A program made the position numbers and the translations under genes. The notes beneath the pieces were generated by a model. That model did not search any database and was not told the origin of the DNA. It saw only the letters and a list, made by a program, of their open reading frames with translations. 64,000 nucleotides of DNA, from NCBI GenBank assembly GCA_965261545.1, contig CBDHDF010000007.1:416001-480000 (forward strand), read 5' to 3'. Shown here one piece after another: positions 1 to 10,753 of this stretch. Position 1 is the stretch's first letter. Each line of letters begins with the position of its first letter. The stretch comes from Bdellovibrionales bacterium. Its GTDB lineage: Bacteria > Bdellovibrionota > Bdellovibrionia > Bdellovibrionales > UBA1609.

Positions 1-129
1 GAAGAAATGGCAAGCTTATTGGTTCAAATGGATGAATTTCCTCTTTCGAGTTTTTGTCCCCATGGACGTCCCGTCTATGTGGAGTACCCCTTTTCTCAAC
101 TGGAAAAAGACTTCGGTCGAGTGGTCTAG
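1..129 (+). CDS. mutL: DNA mismatch repair protein MutL, C-terminal fragment (window edge)
   Basis: Frame 1 reads EEMASLLVQMDEFPLSSFCPHGRPVYVEYPFSQLEKDFGRVV*; CPHGRP endonuclease motif; conserved mutL-miaA order. Confidence 0.92.
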   Translation, partial: EEMASLLVQMDEFPLSSFCPHGRPVYVEYPFSQLEKDFGRVV

Positions 130-133
130 TTTC

Positions 134-1057
134 ATGGCGTCTTCTTTCCCCTTTCTTTTCATCATGGGCCCCACAGGGGTGGGAAAATCAGAGTTGGCCC
201 ACTTGGCGGCTCAAAGAGAAAAGGGAGAAATTGTCAACTGCGACAGTCTCCAGTGCTACCAGGGCTTGGATATTGGAACAGCAAAGCCCTCCTCCACAGA
301 AAGAAAGCCCATTCCCCACCACCTTTTTGACATTGTTGAGCTTGGGGGACAGTTAACAGCCGGAGATTACAGAAGAAAGGTCTTGTCTCTCTGGAAAGAG
401 CCTCCCCAAGCCCCTCTTTTCTTTGTGGGGGGAAGTGGATTTTATTTTCAAGCCCTAGAAAAGGGTATGTATGAAGTCCCCGAAATCCCCGAGAACATTC
501 GCCGTGAACTCTCCTACCAAGATGATTTGCCATCCCTTTATGAAGAACTCAAAAGAAAGGACCCCCAGACGGCTCAGAAAATAAAAACCCATGATCGCTA
601 CCGAATTTTGAGAGCCTTAGGTGTGATTCGAGCCAGCGGCAAGACTCTCACTGAAATTCGCTATGAGTTTGCACAAAAAAGAAAAACACAACTTGTGCCT
701 GTGATGAAAATAGGTTTAACTATGGAGCGAAATTTTCTGCGCAAAAGAATTCTTCAAAGAACTCAACAAATGCTAAACCAAGGTCTTGTTGAAGAAACAG
801 AGAGTTTAATGAAAAAAGGCTATAGTCACTGGCCTCCCTTAAACAGTGTGGGTTACAAAGAATGTCAGAACTTCTTAAAAGGGCAGGCTTCTCAAAACGA
901 ACTCCTGGAGAGTATTGTGACAAAAACCATGCAGTTAGCAAAACGACAAATGACATGGTTTCGCAAAGACCTCAATGTAAGATGGTATAAGAGACAAGAG
1001 GTGGAAAACTGGAAGGAGCCTCTTCAGTGGATTCACAAAGCTCTTGAAGTGAATTGA
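134..1057 (+). CDS. miaA: tRNA dimethylallyltransferase
   Basis: GPTGVGKS P-loop, DSLQCYQGLDIGTAKP, VGGSGFY, AKRQMTWFR; ATG at 134 just after the mutL stop. Confidence 0.96.
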   Translation: MASSFPFLFIMGPTGVGKSELAHLAAQREKGEIVNCDSLQCYQGLDIGTAKPSSTERKPIPHHLFDIVELGGQLTAGDYRRKVLSLWKEPPQAPLFFVGGSGFYFQALEKGMYEVPEIPENIRRELSYQDDLPSLYEELKRKDPQTAQKIKTHDRYRILRALGVIRASGKTLTEIRYEFAQKRKTQLVPVMKIGLTMERNFLRKRILQRTQQMLNQGLVEETESLMKKGYSHWPPLNSVGYKECQNFLKGQASQNELLESIVTKTMQLAKRQMTWFRKDLNVRWYKRQEVENWKEPLQWIHKALEVN

Positions 1058-1080
1058 CCGCCACCTCTTATCTCCATATA

Positions 1081-1150
1081 TCTGTAGTGTCTAAATGCTC
1101 TGTAGTGTCTGAATGCTCTGTAGTATCTGAATGCTCTATAGTGTCTGTAG
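1081..1150. repeat. Intergenic 18-bp tandem repeat (~3.7 copies)
   Basis: tctgtagtgtctaaatgc / tctgtagtgtctgaatgc / tctgtagtatctgaatgc / tctatagtgtctg. Confidence 0.9.
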
Positions 1151-1192
1151 AATACCTTTGGAAACTCTTTGGAGGAAAAGCCGGTGAAAGTC

Positions 1193-2095
1193 ATGAGAAA
1201 TATAACAAGTATGACGGGGTATGGAGCATGGCATTTTTCCACGGAGCACTTGGAATCCCATGTAAGAGTGCGCACAGTGAATGGACGCTTCTTAGAGATT
1301 CGCTTCCACCTGCCCAAGGAGTACTTGGCCTTTGAGTCAGAGCTTAGAAAAATGACCACCTCATATATTCAAAGGGGGAGTGTAGATATCCACATTCAAC
1401 GCAAAAAAATCAACCCATCGAACTCTCTATGTTTTGTCGCTTCTCCTCAGTTAGCCAAGAGTTGGCTCAAAGCCTGCCAGTATTTATCAGAAGAGTTAGG
1501 CATAGAAGTCGGTGAAATCACGGTGAAAGATATGGTGGGAATTGTCGATGTCATCCACTACGATGGATCATTAACCTCTGCAGTGGACTCCGAAGAAAAA
1601 AAACTTCTTTTTCTTGCCACTCAAAGGGCCTTGGAAAACTGCCAGAAAGAAAGAGAGCGAGAAGGTCAGGCTTTAAAAACAGAACTCCTAGAGCAACAAA
1701 AACATTTAAGCCATTTGATCAAATCCATGGATGACTTGCACGAAGAAGCCAATAGGGGGCTCAAAAAAAAATTTGATGAGAAGTTTAGTCAGTTAACAGC
1801 CTTTTATGAAAAGGGCTTGGACCCCCAGAGGTTGGCCCAGGAAGTGGCTCTTCATATTGAAAAAACGGATATTAATGAAGAACTATGGCGATTGAGGGAA
1901 CACATTAAGAATTTTAGAGAAATACTTAATAACTCTGGTGTTTTTGGAAAGAAACTCGATTTTTATGCCCAGGAATTGCTGCGAGAGACCAACACCATTG
2001 GGTCTAAGTCTCAATTGACACAGTTGACTCATCTGGTTGTAGACGCTAAGACTGTCATAGAGAAAATGAGGGAACAAGTGCAAAATATAGAATAG
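1193..2095 (+). CDS. yicC: YicC/YloC family endoribonuclease
   Basis: SMTGYG, RTVNGRFLE, DINEELWRL, GKKLDFYAQELLRETNTIGSK, EQVQNIE; sits upstream of gmk. Confidence 0.95.
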   Translation: MRNITSMTGYGAWHFSTEHLESHVRVRTVNGRFLEIRFHLPKEYLAFESELRKMTTSYIQRGSVDIHIQRKKINPSNSLCFVASPQLAKSWLKACQYLSEELGIEVGEITVKDMVGIVDVIHYDGSLTSAVDSEEKKLLFLATQRALENCQKEREREGQALKTELLEQQKHLSHLIKSMDDLHEEANRGLKKKFDEKFSQLTAFYEKGLDPQRLAQEVALHIEKTDINEELWRLREHIKNFREILNNSGVFGKKLDFYAQELLRETNTIGSKSQLTQLTHLVVDAKTVIEKMREQVQNIE

Positions 2096-2191
2096 AGTCG
2101 CCAATGAAGAGTGAGCCCTAGAATGAAGGTGAATTGTCAATGGGGCACCATGAATCATCAAATCATCCATGAACTGTGACATGAGTTGTCA

Positions 2192-2767
2192 ATGAATCGT
2201 CGTAGGAAAATATTTATTGTGGTTGGTCCTAGTGGAGTGGGTAAATCCACTCTCGTCGAGCAAGTCGTTAAAGAGCTGGACCAGCTCTACGATGTGGTGA
2301 CTTGCACCACTCGCCCCATGAGAGCTGGAGAGCAAGAGGGCTCTCCCTATTTTTTTGTCACCCAAGAAGAATTTGAGGCGAAAAAAAGTAAAGGGTACTT
2401 TGTGGAGTTTGCCAAGGTGCATAATCATTGGTACGGAACCCCCAGGCCAGAGATCGAGAAAGCTTGGGAAAAGGGTTTGGCTGTGATTATGGATGTGGAC
2501 ATTCAGGGGGCCGATTCACTTAAAAAAAAGTATCCCCAAGCTGTGACATTGTTTATTCGTCCTCCCTCCATAGAATTGCTAAGCCAGAGAGTGAGGGAGA
2601 GAGATGGTCTAAGCCTCAAGGAGGATGACCTCCAGATACGGATGAAAAATGCCATTCAAGAACTCGATCGAGCCTCAGATTTTGACTACCAATTTGTCAA
2701 TGAGAACTTTGAGATTTCCTATGCTAGATTTAAAAAAATCATTGAAGATCATTTGGTTTTTGACTAA
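2192..2767 (+). CDS. gmk: Guanylate kinase
   Basis: GPSGVGKST, TTRPMRAGEQEG, YGTP, DVDIQGA. Confidence 0.96.
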   Translation: MNRRRKIFIVVGPSGVGKSTLVEQVVKELDQLYDVVTCTTRPMRAGEQEGSPYFFVTQEEFEAKKSKGYFVEFAKVHNHWYGTPRPEIEKAWEKGLAVIMDVDIQGADSLKKKYPQAVTLFIRPPSIELLSQRVRERDGLSLKEDDLQIRMKNAIQELDRASDFDYQFVNENFEISYARFKKIIEDHLVFD

Positions 2768-2925
2768 AGTATTGTGTCTACCTCGCTTAAAACTCGACTT
2801 AGACTTTTTAAAGACTTTTTAAAAAGATTTTTTACTTTTTTAAAAGATGTTTTAAAATATTTTTTTAAGATTTTTTTAAGATTTTACTTAATGAAAAATT
2901 CTACCCAGAAACAACGGGAGGCCCT

Positions 2926-3168
2926 GTGGCTCGTATTACAGTTGAAGATTGTCTAGATAAGGTCAACAACCGCTTTGCACTTGTTTTGCTTGTTTCAAAG
3001 CGAGTGAAACAGCTTATTAAGGGATCCCCTTCCACCATGAATATAAAAGACAACAAACATGTTGTCAGTTCCCTGCGTGAAGTGGCCACAGGTTCTGTTT
3101 ACTACGATATTGAAGAGGATTCGCAGGGGTCCGCCGACAAACAAATTCAAAATGACTTAAATTTCTAA
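2926..3168 (+). CDS. rpoZ: RNA polymerase omega subunit
   Basis: [35 protein letters not shown]; gmk-rpoZ-spoT order. Confidence 0.96.
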   Translation: MARITVEDCLDKVNNRFALVLLVSKRVKQLIKGSPSTMNIKDNKHVVSSLREVATGSVYYDIEEDSQGSADKQIQNDLNF

Positions 3169-3221
3169 GGGAAGACTCTTGGGGGGGAGACTTGTATGAA
3201 AAATAAGCCCAAGGGAGTTCA

Positions 3222-5453
3222 ATGAGCCTCATATCGAAGGTAAGGTTGGGAGAGCACACCGCCAGCTCCATTGAGCAGCTCATTGAAGATATGGCAAACG
3301 ATTACAGTAAAAGTGAAAAAGACATTGTGCGACAAGCCTATGCCTTTTCGGAAAAAGCTCATGAAGGACAAATCCGCCGAAGCGGTGAGCCCTATATCCA
3401 GCATCCCCTAGGGGTCTCATCGATACTCGTGGACTTAAGACTAGACACCGCAACAGTGGTGACAGGTCTTCTCCATGACACCATTGAAGACACTGAAGTC
3501 ACTCTTGAGCAAGTCACTAAGCAATTTGGAGAAGTTGTTAGCTCCCTTGTGGATGGTGTCACAAAAATCTCCCAAATGCGCTTTCGAAACACCCATGAAA
3601 AACAGGGAGAAAATATTCGCAAAATGATTGTGGCTATGGGCAAGGACGTGCGAGTGGTCCTCGTTAAACTTGCAGATCGCCTGCACAATATGCGCACACT
3701 GAATCATATGCCCTACAAAAAACAAAGCACCATTGCCAAGGAAACCTTGGATATCTACGCCCCTCTTGCCAGTCGCCTGGGCATCAGTTCCCTTAAAATC
3801 GAGTTGGAAGATTTGGGCTTTCGCTATTCTATGCCAAGCCACTACTACGAACTGGCCCAAAAAATTGATAAAAAGCGCAGGGATCGAGAAAAATATATCG
3901 ACGAAGTCCGAAAGATTCTCTCCAATGAAATTGGCATGCGTACAAAATTTAGATTTGAAGCCCAGGGCAGGCCCAAGCACCTCTACTCTATTTTTAAGAA
4001 AATGCAAATACGCCATGTGGACTACGACCAGGTTTACGACATTCTCGCCTTTCGCATTTGCACGGAAAGTATTCCAGGCTGTTACGAGATTCTGGGAATT
4101 GTACACTCTCTTTGGAAACCCATTCCAGGTCGATTTAAGGATTTTATTGCCATGCCCAAGGCCAATAACTACCAAAGTCTTCACACCACGGTGATAGGGC
4201 CAGGAGGTGAGCGCATTGAAGTTCAAATTCGCACCTACGAAATGCACCGAGTGGCTGAGTGGGGAATTGCAGCCCATTGGAATTATAAAGAAGAGACCCT
4301 CGGAAGCTCTACTGGCAAAGAGGCCATTGATAAATTTAATTGGCTTCGCGAATTGGTCAGCCTGCACCAGCAAACCAATAACTCGGATGAGTTCTTAGAG
4401 GATATTAAAACCGATCTCATGGAGTCAGAAGTTTATGTATTCACTCCCAAGGGAGAAGTCAAAGAATTCCCCGACGGAGCGACTCCCATTGATTTTGCCT
4501 ACTCCATTCATACGGATATTGGCCACACGGTGATGGCAGCAAGAGTCAACGGTAAAATTATTTCCCTTCGCTATCAACTCAAAAACGGTGACACTGTAGA
4601 CATTATCACATCTAAGAACCAATCTCCCTCCAAAGATTGGTTGAAGTACTGTGTCACCTCTAAGGCCAAAAGTAAGATCCGAGCCCATGTCAAAGTAGAG
4701 CAACGGGAACGAGCCCACAAACTTGGTATGGAGTTATTGGAAAAATCCTTTAGAAACCACGGCCTCAACGCTCAAAAGCAGTTAAGGGGGCCTCGCTATG
4801 AAAAATTTCTCAAAGATATCGGTTGCTACCAAGTGGATGATCTCTATGTGCGCGTGGGGTACGGGAAAACGGCTCCAAGGCAAGTTGTGGAAGCCATCCT
4901 CCCCGATCAAAAGGATGACGATAAAACATTGGAAGAAAGCAGTTCATTTATGGAAAGAGCCTTTAAAGTGGCCGCAAACCGCAAAAGGAAAAGCTCTTCC
5001 CTCATTCGCGTGGGAGGCATGGATGAAATACTCGTGCATTATGCCAAATGTTGCAATCCCATACCTGGTGACCCCATCATTGGTTTTATCACCCTTGGTC
5101 GCGGAGTGACCATCCATGGGCTGAACTGCCCAGGGGCCTACGAACTTGATCAAGCACGGCGAATAGATGTGGAGTGGAGCCATGGAAAATCCTCCGAAAC
5201 TGTTGGAAGAATGGTGAGAGTTCGCTTAGTCAGTCATGATATTCCTGGACTTTTAAAGAACATGACAGATACTTTTGTCTCCTGTGGTGTAAATATTCAC
5301 AATGCTCAAATTCGTACAACAAGAGATAAAAAAGCCATTTGCCTCTTTGATGTGGATATTCGCGACACCTCCCACCTCGAAGATGTCATGCAGGCCCTCC
5401 AAAAAATCAAGGGAGTCATTAGCGTCTCAAGATCCAACTCTCGAAGTCATTAG
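3222..5453 (+). CDS. spoT: Bifunctional (p)ppGpp synthetase/hydrolase (Rel/SpoT)
   Basis: HD motif LHDTIED, KLADRLHNMRTL, YQSLHTT, TGS (ATPIDFAY), CCNPIPGD, C-terminal ACT domain. Confidence 0.95.
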   Translation: MSLISKVRLGEHTASSIEQLIEDMANDYSKSEKDIVRQAYAFSEKAHEGQIRRSGEPYIQHPLGVSSILVDLRLDTATVVTGLLHDTIEDTEVTLEQVTKQFGEVVSSLVDGVTKISQMRFRNTHEKQGENIRKMIVAMGKDVRVVLVKLADRLHNMRTLNHMPYKKQSTIAKETLDIYAPLASRLGISSLKIELEDLGFRYSMPSHYYELAQKIDKKRRDREKYIDEVRKILSNEIGMRTKFRFEAQGRPKHLYSIFKKMQIRHVDYDQVYDILAFRICTESIPGCYEILGIVHSLWKPIPGRFKDFIAMPKANNYQSLHTTVIGPGGERIEVQIRTYEMHRVAEWGIAAHWNYKEETLGSSTGKEAIDKFNWLRELVSLHQQTNNSDEFLEDIKTDLMESEVYVFTPKGEVKEFPDGATPIDFAYSIHTDIGHTVMAARVNGKIISLRYQLKNGDTVDIITSKNQSPSKDWLKYCVTSKAKSKIRAHVKVEQRERAHKLGMELLEKSFRNHGLNAQKQLRGPRYEKFLKDIGCYQVDDLYVRVGYGKTAPRQVVEAILPDQKDDDKTLEESSSFMERAFKVAANRKRKSSSLIRVGGMDEILVHYAKCCNPIPGDPIIGFITLGRGVTIHGLNCPGAYELDQARRIDVEWSHGKSSETVGRMVRVRLVSHDIPGLLKNMTDTFVSCGVNIHNAQIRTTRDKKAICLFDVDIRDTSHLEDVMQALQKIKGVISVSRSNSRSH

Positions 5454-7213
5454 TCACCCTCAAGAGTTTCAAGGCCACCATCATTAATGGTCCAACCTCG
5501 CTCTCTCAGGGCGGTTCGCGCCTCCGTGGCACTGCTGTTGTATTTTGAATTACCCCCGTGCAATGGAACATCATCCTGTTGTGAGGTGAGATGAATTCGA
5601 TTGAGCAGGCCGCTATACAACTTTGTGGAAAGAGTCACATCCCTGAATATATCTCTCATAGCAGTGACATGACGGAAGTCCCATTGAGTCATCTCGGGTT
5701 GAGCCGCTTGCGCTTGAATAAACATAAAGTTCATGTTTCTGACGCCGGATGTATCCCAACGGCTGACATCGGGATTGGCGACCACTGTATAGGCAAATAC
5801 ACTATTCATGTTTGTAACGTTGGATGTATCCCAACGACTGACATCGGGATTGGCAACCGCTGCTTCGAAAAACATATTATTCATGTTTGTAACGTTGGAT
5901 GTATCCCAACGACTGACATCGGGGTTGGCGCCCAATGCTTCTGCAAACATACTACTCATGTTTGTAACACTGGATGTATCCCAGCGACTAAGATCGGGAT
6001 TGATGGCCTCTGTTTCTGAAAACATATAACTCATGTTTGTGACACTGGATGTATCCCAATCACTGATATCGAGATTGATGATCTCCGAGACTACAAACAT
6101 GTTGTTCATGTCTGTGACATTAGAAACATTTCCCCCACTCAGTTCTTTGAGGTTAATACAATCAATAAAGGCTTTCTCTAAACTTTTCCATCCCACATCC
6201 CCCAAATCTTTTACAGATATGAATTGAGACGCATGCGTAGTGGCATAGTCGTCGAAATTCCACGCTTCAAGAGTTCCTGAAATGGTGACAGTGTAATCTC
6301 CAGCTTCGACGTAGGTATGAGTGATATCACTGTCATCGTGGGCGGTGACTTCACTGGAGGAACCATCCCCCCAATCCACCTGAAAATTATAATTATACCC
6401 TGGAGGCAAAGGAAGGGCAATCGCTTCGTTGTTGCTAGAAATTCTCCAGACCGAGATAAAGAAAGAAAAACCCCCATCATTAATAGTCCAACCCCGCTCC
6501 TTTAAATTTTGTCGGACACTTTCAGCCCGACTGTCATACTTAAAACCACCCACATTTAAGGTGAAATTTTCCTGGGTGGAGGTTTCAAAGAGTCGATGGA
6601 GTAGGGTATTATAAACCCTTGTGGGAAGAGTGACTTCACTAAACGCTTCATCCATCTCTGTGACAAGGGCGAAGTTCCATCCACTGAAATCAATATTTTT
6701 GATGGAAGTCGCCCCTTTAAACATACGATTCATCTTTGTCATACGAGACACATTGCCCCCAAGAACTTCACGGAGATTACGACAGCCCTCAAAGGCTCCC
6801 TCTAAATTCTTCCATCCCACACTTCCTAAGTCTGTCACAGAAATAAGTTTGTCTTTGCTTCCACCGTTGTTAAAAGACCAAGCTTCAAGCACCCCTGAGA
6901 TAGTGAGGGTGTACTCTCCAGCCTTTGCATAGGTATGGGTGATATCACTATCATCATGGACTGTGATTTCATTGGAGGAACCATCACCCCAATCCACTTG
7001 GAAATTATATTTATATCCTGAACGCAAGGGAAGAGTAATGGACTCGTTGTCGTTGTCAAGGCGATACACAGAGATAAAGGGGGAGGGAGGTGTTTCTTCG
7101 GAAGAGCCACCTTGCCTCTTGCCATCATCCCTACATCCCAAGAAACTCATTATGGCAAAGCAAACGATGAATAGAAATAGAGTCCATTTTTTAAAAATTT
7201 GTAACTGAGCCAA
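5450..7213 (-). CDS. DUF285/BspA-like repeat surface lipoprotein (2 PKD-like + repeat modules)
   Basis: Lipobox FLGC; VDWGDG...HTY PKD-like domains; 25-aa WDTSxVTNMxxMF repeats; GWTINDGG caps. Confidence 0.88.
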   Translation of the reverse strand: MAQLQIFKKWTLFLFIVCFAIMSFLGCRDDGKRQGGSSEETPPSPFISVYRLDNDNESITLPLRSGYKYNFQVDWGDGSSNEITVHDDSDITHTYAKAGEYTLTISGVLEAWSFNNGGSKDKLISVTDLGSVGWKNLEGAFEGCRNLREVLGGNVSRMTKMNRMFKGATSIKNIDFSGWNFALVTEMDEAFSEVTLPTRVYNTLLHRLFETSTQENFTLNVGGFKYDSRAESVRQNLKERGWTINDGGFSFFISVWRISSNNEAIALPLPPGYNYNFQVDWGDGSSSEVTAHDDSDITHTYVEAGDYTVTISGTLEAWNFDDYATTHASQFISVKDLGDVGWKSLEKAFIDCINLKELSGGNVSNVTDMNNMFVVSEIINLDISDWDTSSVTNMSYMFSETEAINPDLSRWDTSSVTNMSSMFAEALGANPDVSRWDTSNVTNMNNMFFEAAVANPDVSRWDTSNVTNMNSVFAYTVVANPDVSRWDTSGVRNMNFMFIQAQAAQPEMTQWDFRHVTAMRDIFRDVTLSTKLYSGLLNRIHLTSQQDDVPLHGGNSKYNSSATEARTALRERGWTINDGGLETLEGD

Positions 7214-7530
7214 AACTTACTCCTTAGTACATCAATAACATTAGTACATCAATAACAATAGAACAGAAAGGTTAAAAGAGGAATTAAATATTCTTGTTGA
7301 TCTATATCTTGTGATCTTAAAGGTGGAAAAATGGACTTTTGTTTCGCTGAGAACTCTCCTAGAGCCAGTTGACCTGTAGTTAATTCATAAAATTTTAATG
7401 TATTCGGTCTCAACTTCCATCCACAATCACACTCACAGGCATAGGACAAAAACACAACCTATGGGCAGTTACACATGAAAATTTATAATAGTTATAATAG
7501 TTCCTATATCACTACAATTTGGAGATAATT

Positions 7531-9171
7531 ATGAAAGCATCTGATTTATTTGTTAAAGCCTTGGAAAATGAAGGTGTACGCTATATATTTGGAGTTCCAG
7601 GTGAAGAAAACCTCGACTTCTTAGAATCCCTTCGTACCTCAAAAATCAAACTGATTCTCACAAGACATGAGCAAGGGGCTGGCTTTATGGCAGCCACCTA
7701 TGGACGATTGACGGGAAAGGTAGGTGTTTGTCTGGCCACCCTAGGGCCAGGAGCCACCAACCTGGTGACCGCCGCCGCTTACGCCCAACTGGGTGGCATG
7801 CCCATGATGATGATTACGGGACAAAAACCTGTGAAAAAAAGCAAACAGGGACAATTTCAAATTCTCGATGTCGTTGAGATGATGAAACCCATTTCAAAAT
7901 TTACCAAGCAAATTGTGAATGGCAACACCATTGCTGTCAATGTGAGAGAGGCTGTGCGATTGGCTCAAGAAGAACGTCCAGGAGCTGTTCATATTGAGCT
8001 GCCAGAGGATATTGCCGCCGAGGAAGCTGACACTCTCCCCTTTGCCGTTCACTCCAGCAAGAGACCCAACTCCCATGACAAGGCTATTTCCCGGGCCGTT
8101 GAAATGATCCATGAATCAAAAATGCCTCTTCTTCTCATTGGGGCCGCCGCCAATCGCCACAGAACAAGTCAAGCCCTCACTGAGTTTGTGGAACGCACCC
8201 AAATTCATTTTTTTAATACTCAAATGGGCAAAGGCGTGGTGGATGAACGCCACCCCTTATTCCTGGGGACAGCAGCCCTTTCTGACCACGACTATTTGCA
8301 CATGGCCATTGAAAGAGCCGACCTCATTATCAATGTGGGCCACGACGTGGTTGAAAAGCCTCCCTTTTTTATGGAAGTCGGTGGAACCAAGGTCATTCAT
8401 ATCAATTATTTTTCAGCCAAAGTCGACGATGTCTACTTTCCTCAACTGGAAGTGACAGGGGATATTGCCAGCACCATTGAGGCTTTAAGCCAAAAAGTCG
8501 AGGGAGTGCAAAAGAGAGATTCAAGTTTTTATAAAAGAATTAAAAAGGCCGTAGAAAATTATGTCGATGACCAATGCAGCAACGATCGTTTCCCTATTAT
8601 CCCCCAATACTTAGTGGCCCAAATTCGAAAGGCCATGCCTGAGGATGGGATCATTGCCCTGGACAATGGCGTTTACAAAATATGGTTTGCTCGAAATTAT
8701 AAAGCCTATCTCCCCAATACAGTTTTGTTGGACAATGCCCTTGCCAGCATGGGAGCAGGGCTGCCCTCGGCCATGGGGGCCAAGTTGGTCCACCCCGATC
8801 GCAAGGTCATGGCCATTTGTGGTGATGGTGGTTTTATGATGAACTCCCAAGAACTGGAAACCTCTGTTCGCTTGAAGCAAGATTTAGTGGTGGTTATTTT
8901 GCGCGACAATGCCTATGGCATGATTAAGTGGAAACAAGCGGGGTCTGGCTTTAAAAATTTTGGCCTCGACTATGGAAACCCCGACTTTGTTCAATACGCC
9001 AATGCCTATGGAGCCAAGGGCTATCGTGTGGAAAGCTCTCTCCACCTCACACAGGTTTTGGAAGAATGCATTCAGAGCAAAGGCCTCCACGTCATTGAAG
9101 TGCCCGTGGATTACTCAGAAAATGAGAAAGTTTTGATTGATGAATTAAAAGCCAAAACAAGTATTTTGTAA
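7531..9171 (+). CDS. Acetolactate synthase large subunit-like ThDP enzyme
   Basis: FGVPGEEN, RHEQGAGFMA, TLGPGATN, GDGGFMM ThDP motif. Confidence 0.93.
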   Translation: MKASDLFVKALENEGVRYIFGVPGEENLDFLESLRTSKIKLILTRHEQGAGFMAATYGRLTGKVGVCLATLGPGATNLVTAAAYAQLGGMPMMMITGQKPVKKSKQGQFQILDVVEMMKPISKFTKQIVNGNTIAVNVREAVRLAQEERPGAVHIELPEDIAAEEADTLPFAVHSSKRPNSHDKAISRAVEMIHESKMPLLLIGAAANRHRTSQALTEFVERTQIHFFNTQMGKGVVDERHPLFLGTAALSDHDYLHMAIERADLIINVGHDVVEKPPFFMEVGGTKVIHINYFSAKVDDVYFPQLEVTGDIASTIEALSQKVEGVQKRDSSFYKRIKKAVENYVDDQCSNDRFPIIPQYLVAQIRKAMPEDGIIALDNGVYKIWFARNYKAYLPNTVLLDNALASMGAGLPSAMGAKLVHPDRKVMAICGDGGFMMNSQELETSVRLKQDLVVVILRDNAYGMIKWKQAGSGFKNFGLDYGNPDFVQYANAYGAKGYRVESSLHLTQVLEECIQSKGLHVIEVPVDYSENEKVLIDELKAKTSIL

Positions 9172-9281
9172 CATTTTGTAGCAAGTATTTTATAGTACCT
9201 TGCAGTAAGCATCTTGTAACTTATAAAAATCTATTTTGTAAAAACCTATCAACCTATCATCTATAAGGAAACAGCAAGACC

Positions 9282-10670
9282 GTGCCTCAAATAAAAGTTC
9301 TCTCCCCCTATGACCAAAGCCACCTTCGCTCCTTTGATTTGATGGATGCCAATGAGATCGAAAAAAAACTCTCCACAGCCTACGCTCTCACCCGTGGGTC
9401 TCCCCTACCCACTCCCAAGAGAATTGAAATTTTAGAAAAAGCGGCCCACCTCATTGAGTCAAAGGCTGAGGAATACGCCATGACAGTGGCCCAAGAGGGA
9501 GGAAAGCCCCTTGTGGATGCCAGAGTTGAAATCGCAAGAGCGGCCCAAGGCACCCGAGAAGCTGCCACCTCCATAGCCCACATGGTAGGGCGACGTATTC
9601 CCATGGGCTTGAACAACTCTTCTCTCCATCGCCTGGCCTACACACAAAGGGAGCCCATAGGAGTGGTCGTTTCTGTAAGTGCTTTCAACCATCCCTTTAA
9701 CCTGATTGTTCATCAGGTTATGCCCGCCGTAGCAGTGGGCTCCCCCGTTATTGTTAAGCCAGCTTTGAGCACTCCTATTTCCTGCACCCAAGTCCTCAAG
9801 GTTCTTTACGAAGCGGGACTCCCGGAGGAATGGGCCCAACTAGCTCTTTGCGATAATGATGTCTCTGAAAAACTCGTCACAGATCCCCGAGTGGCTTTTT
9901 TTTCTTTTATCGGTTCATCCAAAGTCGGCTGGACTTTGCGATCAAAATTAGCACCTGGAACAAGGTGTGCCCTAGAGCATGGGGGAGCCGCCCCTGTCAT
10001 CTTTGATGAAGACGCAGATATCCAATCCGCCCTCCCCCTTTTGGTCAAAGGAGGATTTTACCACGCCGGTCAGGTTTGTGTTTCTGTGCAAAGGGTGTTT
10101 GTCCATAAAAAAATTGTGGACGAAGTGGCAGAGGGCCTTGTACGTCTCACTCAAAAACTCTCTGTGGGAGACCCCTCTGAGGAAAAAACAGAGGTGGGAC
10201 CCCTTATACTCGAAAGAGAGGTGGACCGGGTCGCCACATGGGTTCAGGAGGCCAAGGACCAAGGGGCACAAATCTTGTGCGGAGGTGAAAAGCGAGGCAA
10301 CACTTGTTTTGCCCCCACTATTTTATTAAATCCCAGCCAAAAATCTCAGGTTTCCCAGAAAGAAATCTTTGGACCTGTCATCAATATTTACTCCTACGAC
10401 CACCGTAGGGAAGCCATTGAGTGGGCCAATTCCCTCCCCTTTTCTTTTCAAGCCTCTGTGTTTACGAAAAGTCTTGATGTGGCGCTAGATACGATTCATA
10501 GACTTGAGGCCGCTGCCGTTATGGTTAATGACCATACGGCCTTTCGAGTGGATTGGATGCCATTTGCAGGCCATAAGCAATCGGGACTTGGCGTGGGTGG
10601 GATTGCCCCCACCATGGAAGAAATGACTCAAGAAAAACTTGTGATTTATAAATCCAACTTTCTTGCATAA
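9282..10670 (+). CDS. Aldehyde dehydrogenase family protein
   Basis: FNHP, FIGSSKVG, LEHGG, GQVCVS catalytic Cys, EIFGP, PFAGHKQSG. Confidence 0.93.
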   Translation: MPQIKVLSPYDQSHLRSFDLMDANEIEKKLSTAYALTRGSPLPTPKRIEILEKAAHLIESKAEEYAMTVAQEGGKPLVDARVEIARAAQGTREAATSIAHMVGRRIPMGLNNSSLHRLAYTQREPIGVVVSVSAFNHPFNLIVHQVMPAVAVGSPVIVKPALSTPISCTQVLKVLYEAGLPEEWAQLALCDNDVSEKLVTDPRVAFFSFIGSSKVGWTLRSKLAPGTRCALEHGGAAPVIFDEDADIQSALPLLVKGGFYHAGQVCVSVQRVFVHKKIVDEVAEGLVRLTQKLSVGDPSEEKTEVGPLILEREVDRVATWVQEAKDQGAQILCGGEKRGNTCFAPTILLNPSQKSQVSQKEIFGPVINIYSYDHRREAIEWANSLPFSFQASVFTKSLDVALDTIHRLEAAAVMVNDHTAFRVDWMPFAGHKQSGLGVGGIAPTMEEMTQEKLVIYKSNFLA

Positions 10671-10753
10671 ATTTCTTGCATAAAAACGACAGACAGTGCG
10701 TACATCCACGTATTGGCATTGACTAAGGAGGTGTAAAAAAATAACTTTTCTGT

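Noticed and set aside
1033..1359. ORFs 1033..1359 and 1054..1335 with repeated peptides
   Set aside because: Produced by the 18-bp intergenic repeat and overlap yicC
3441..4373. 310-aa antisense ORF
   Set aside because: Lies wholly opposite the conserved relA/spoT gene and has no motifs
7249..7455. 68-aa ORF between the DUF285 lipoprotein and the acetolactate synthase gene
   Set aside because: No RBS or recognisable family; could be a remnant but cannot be supported
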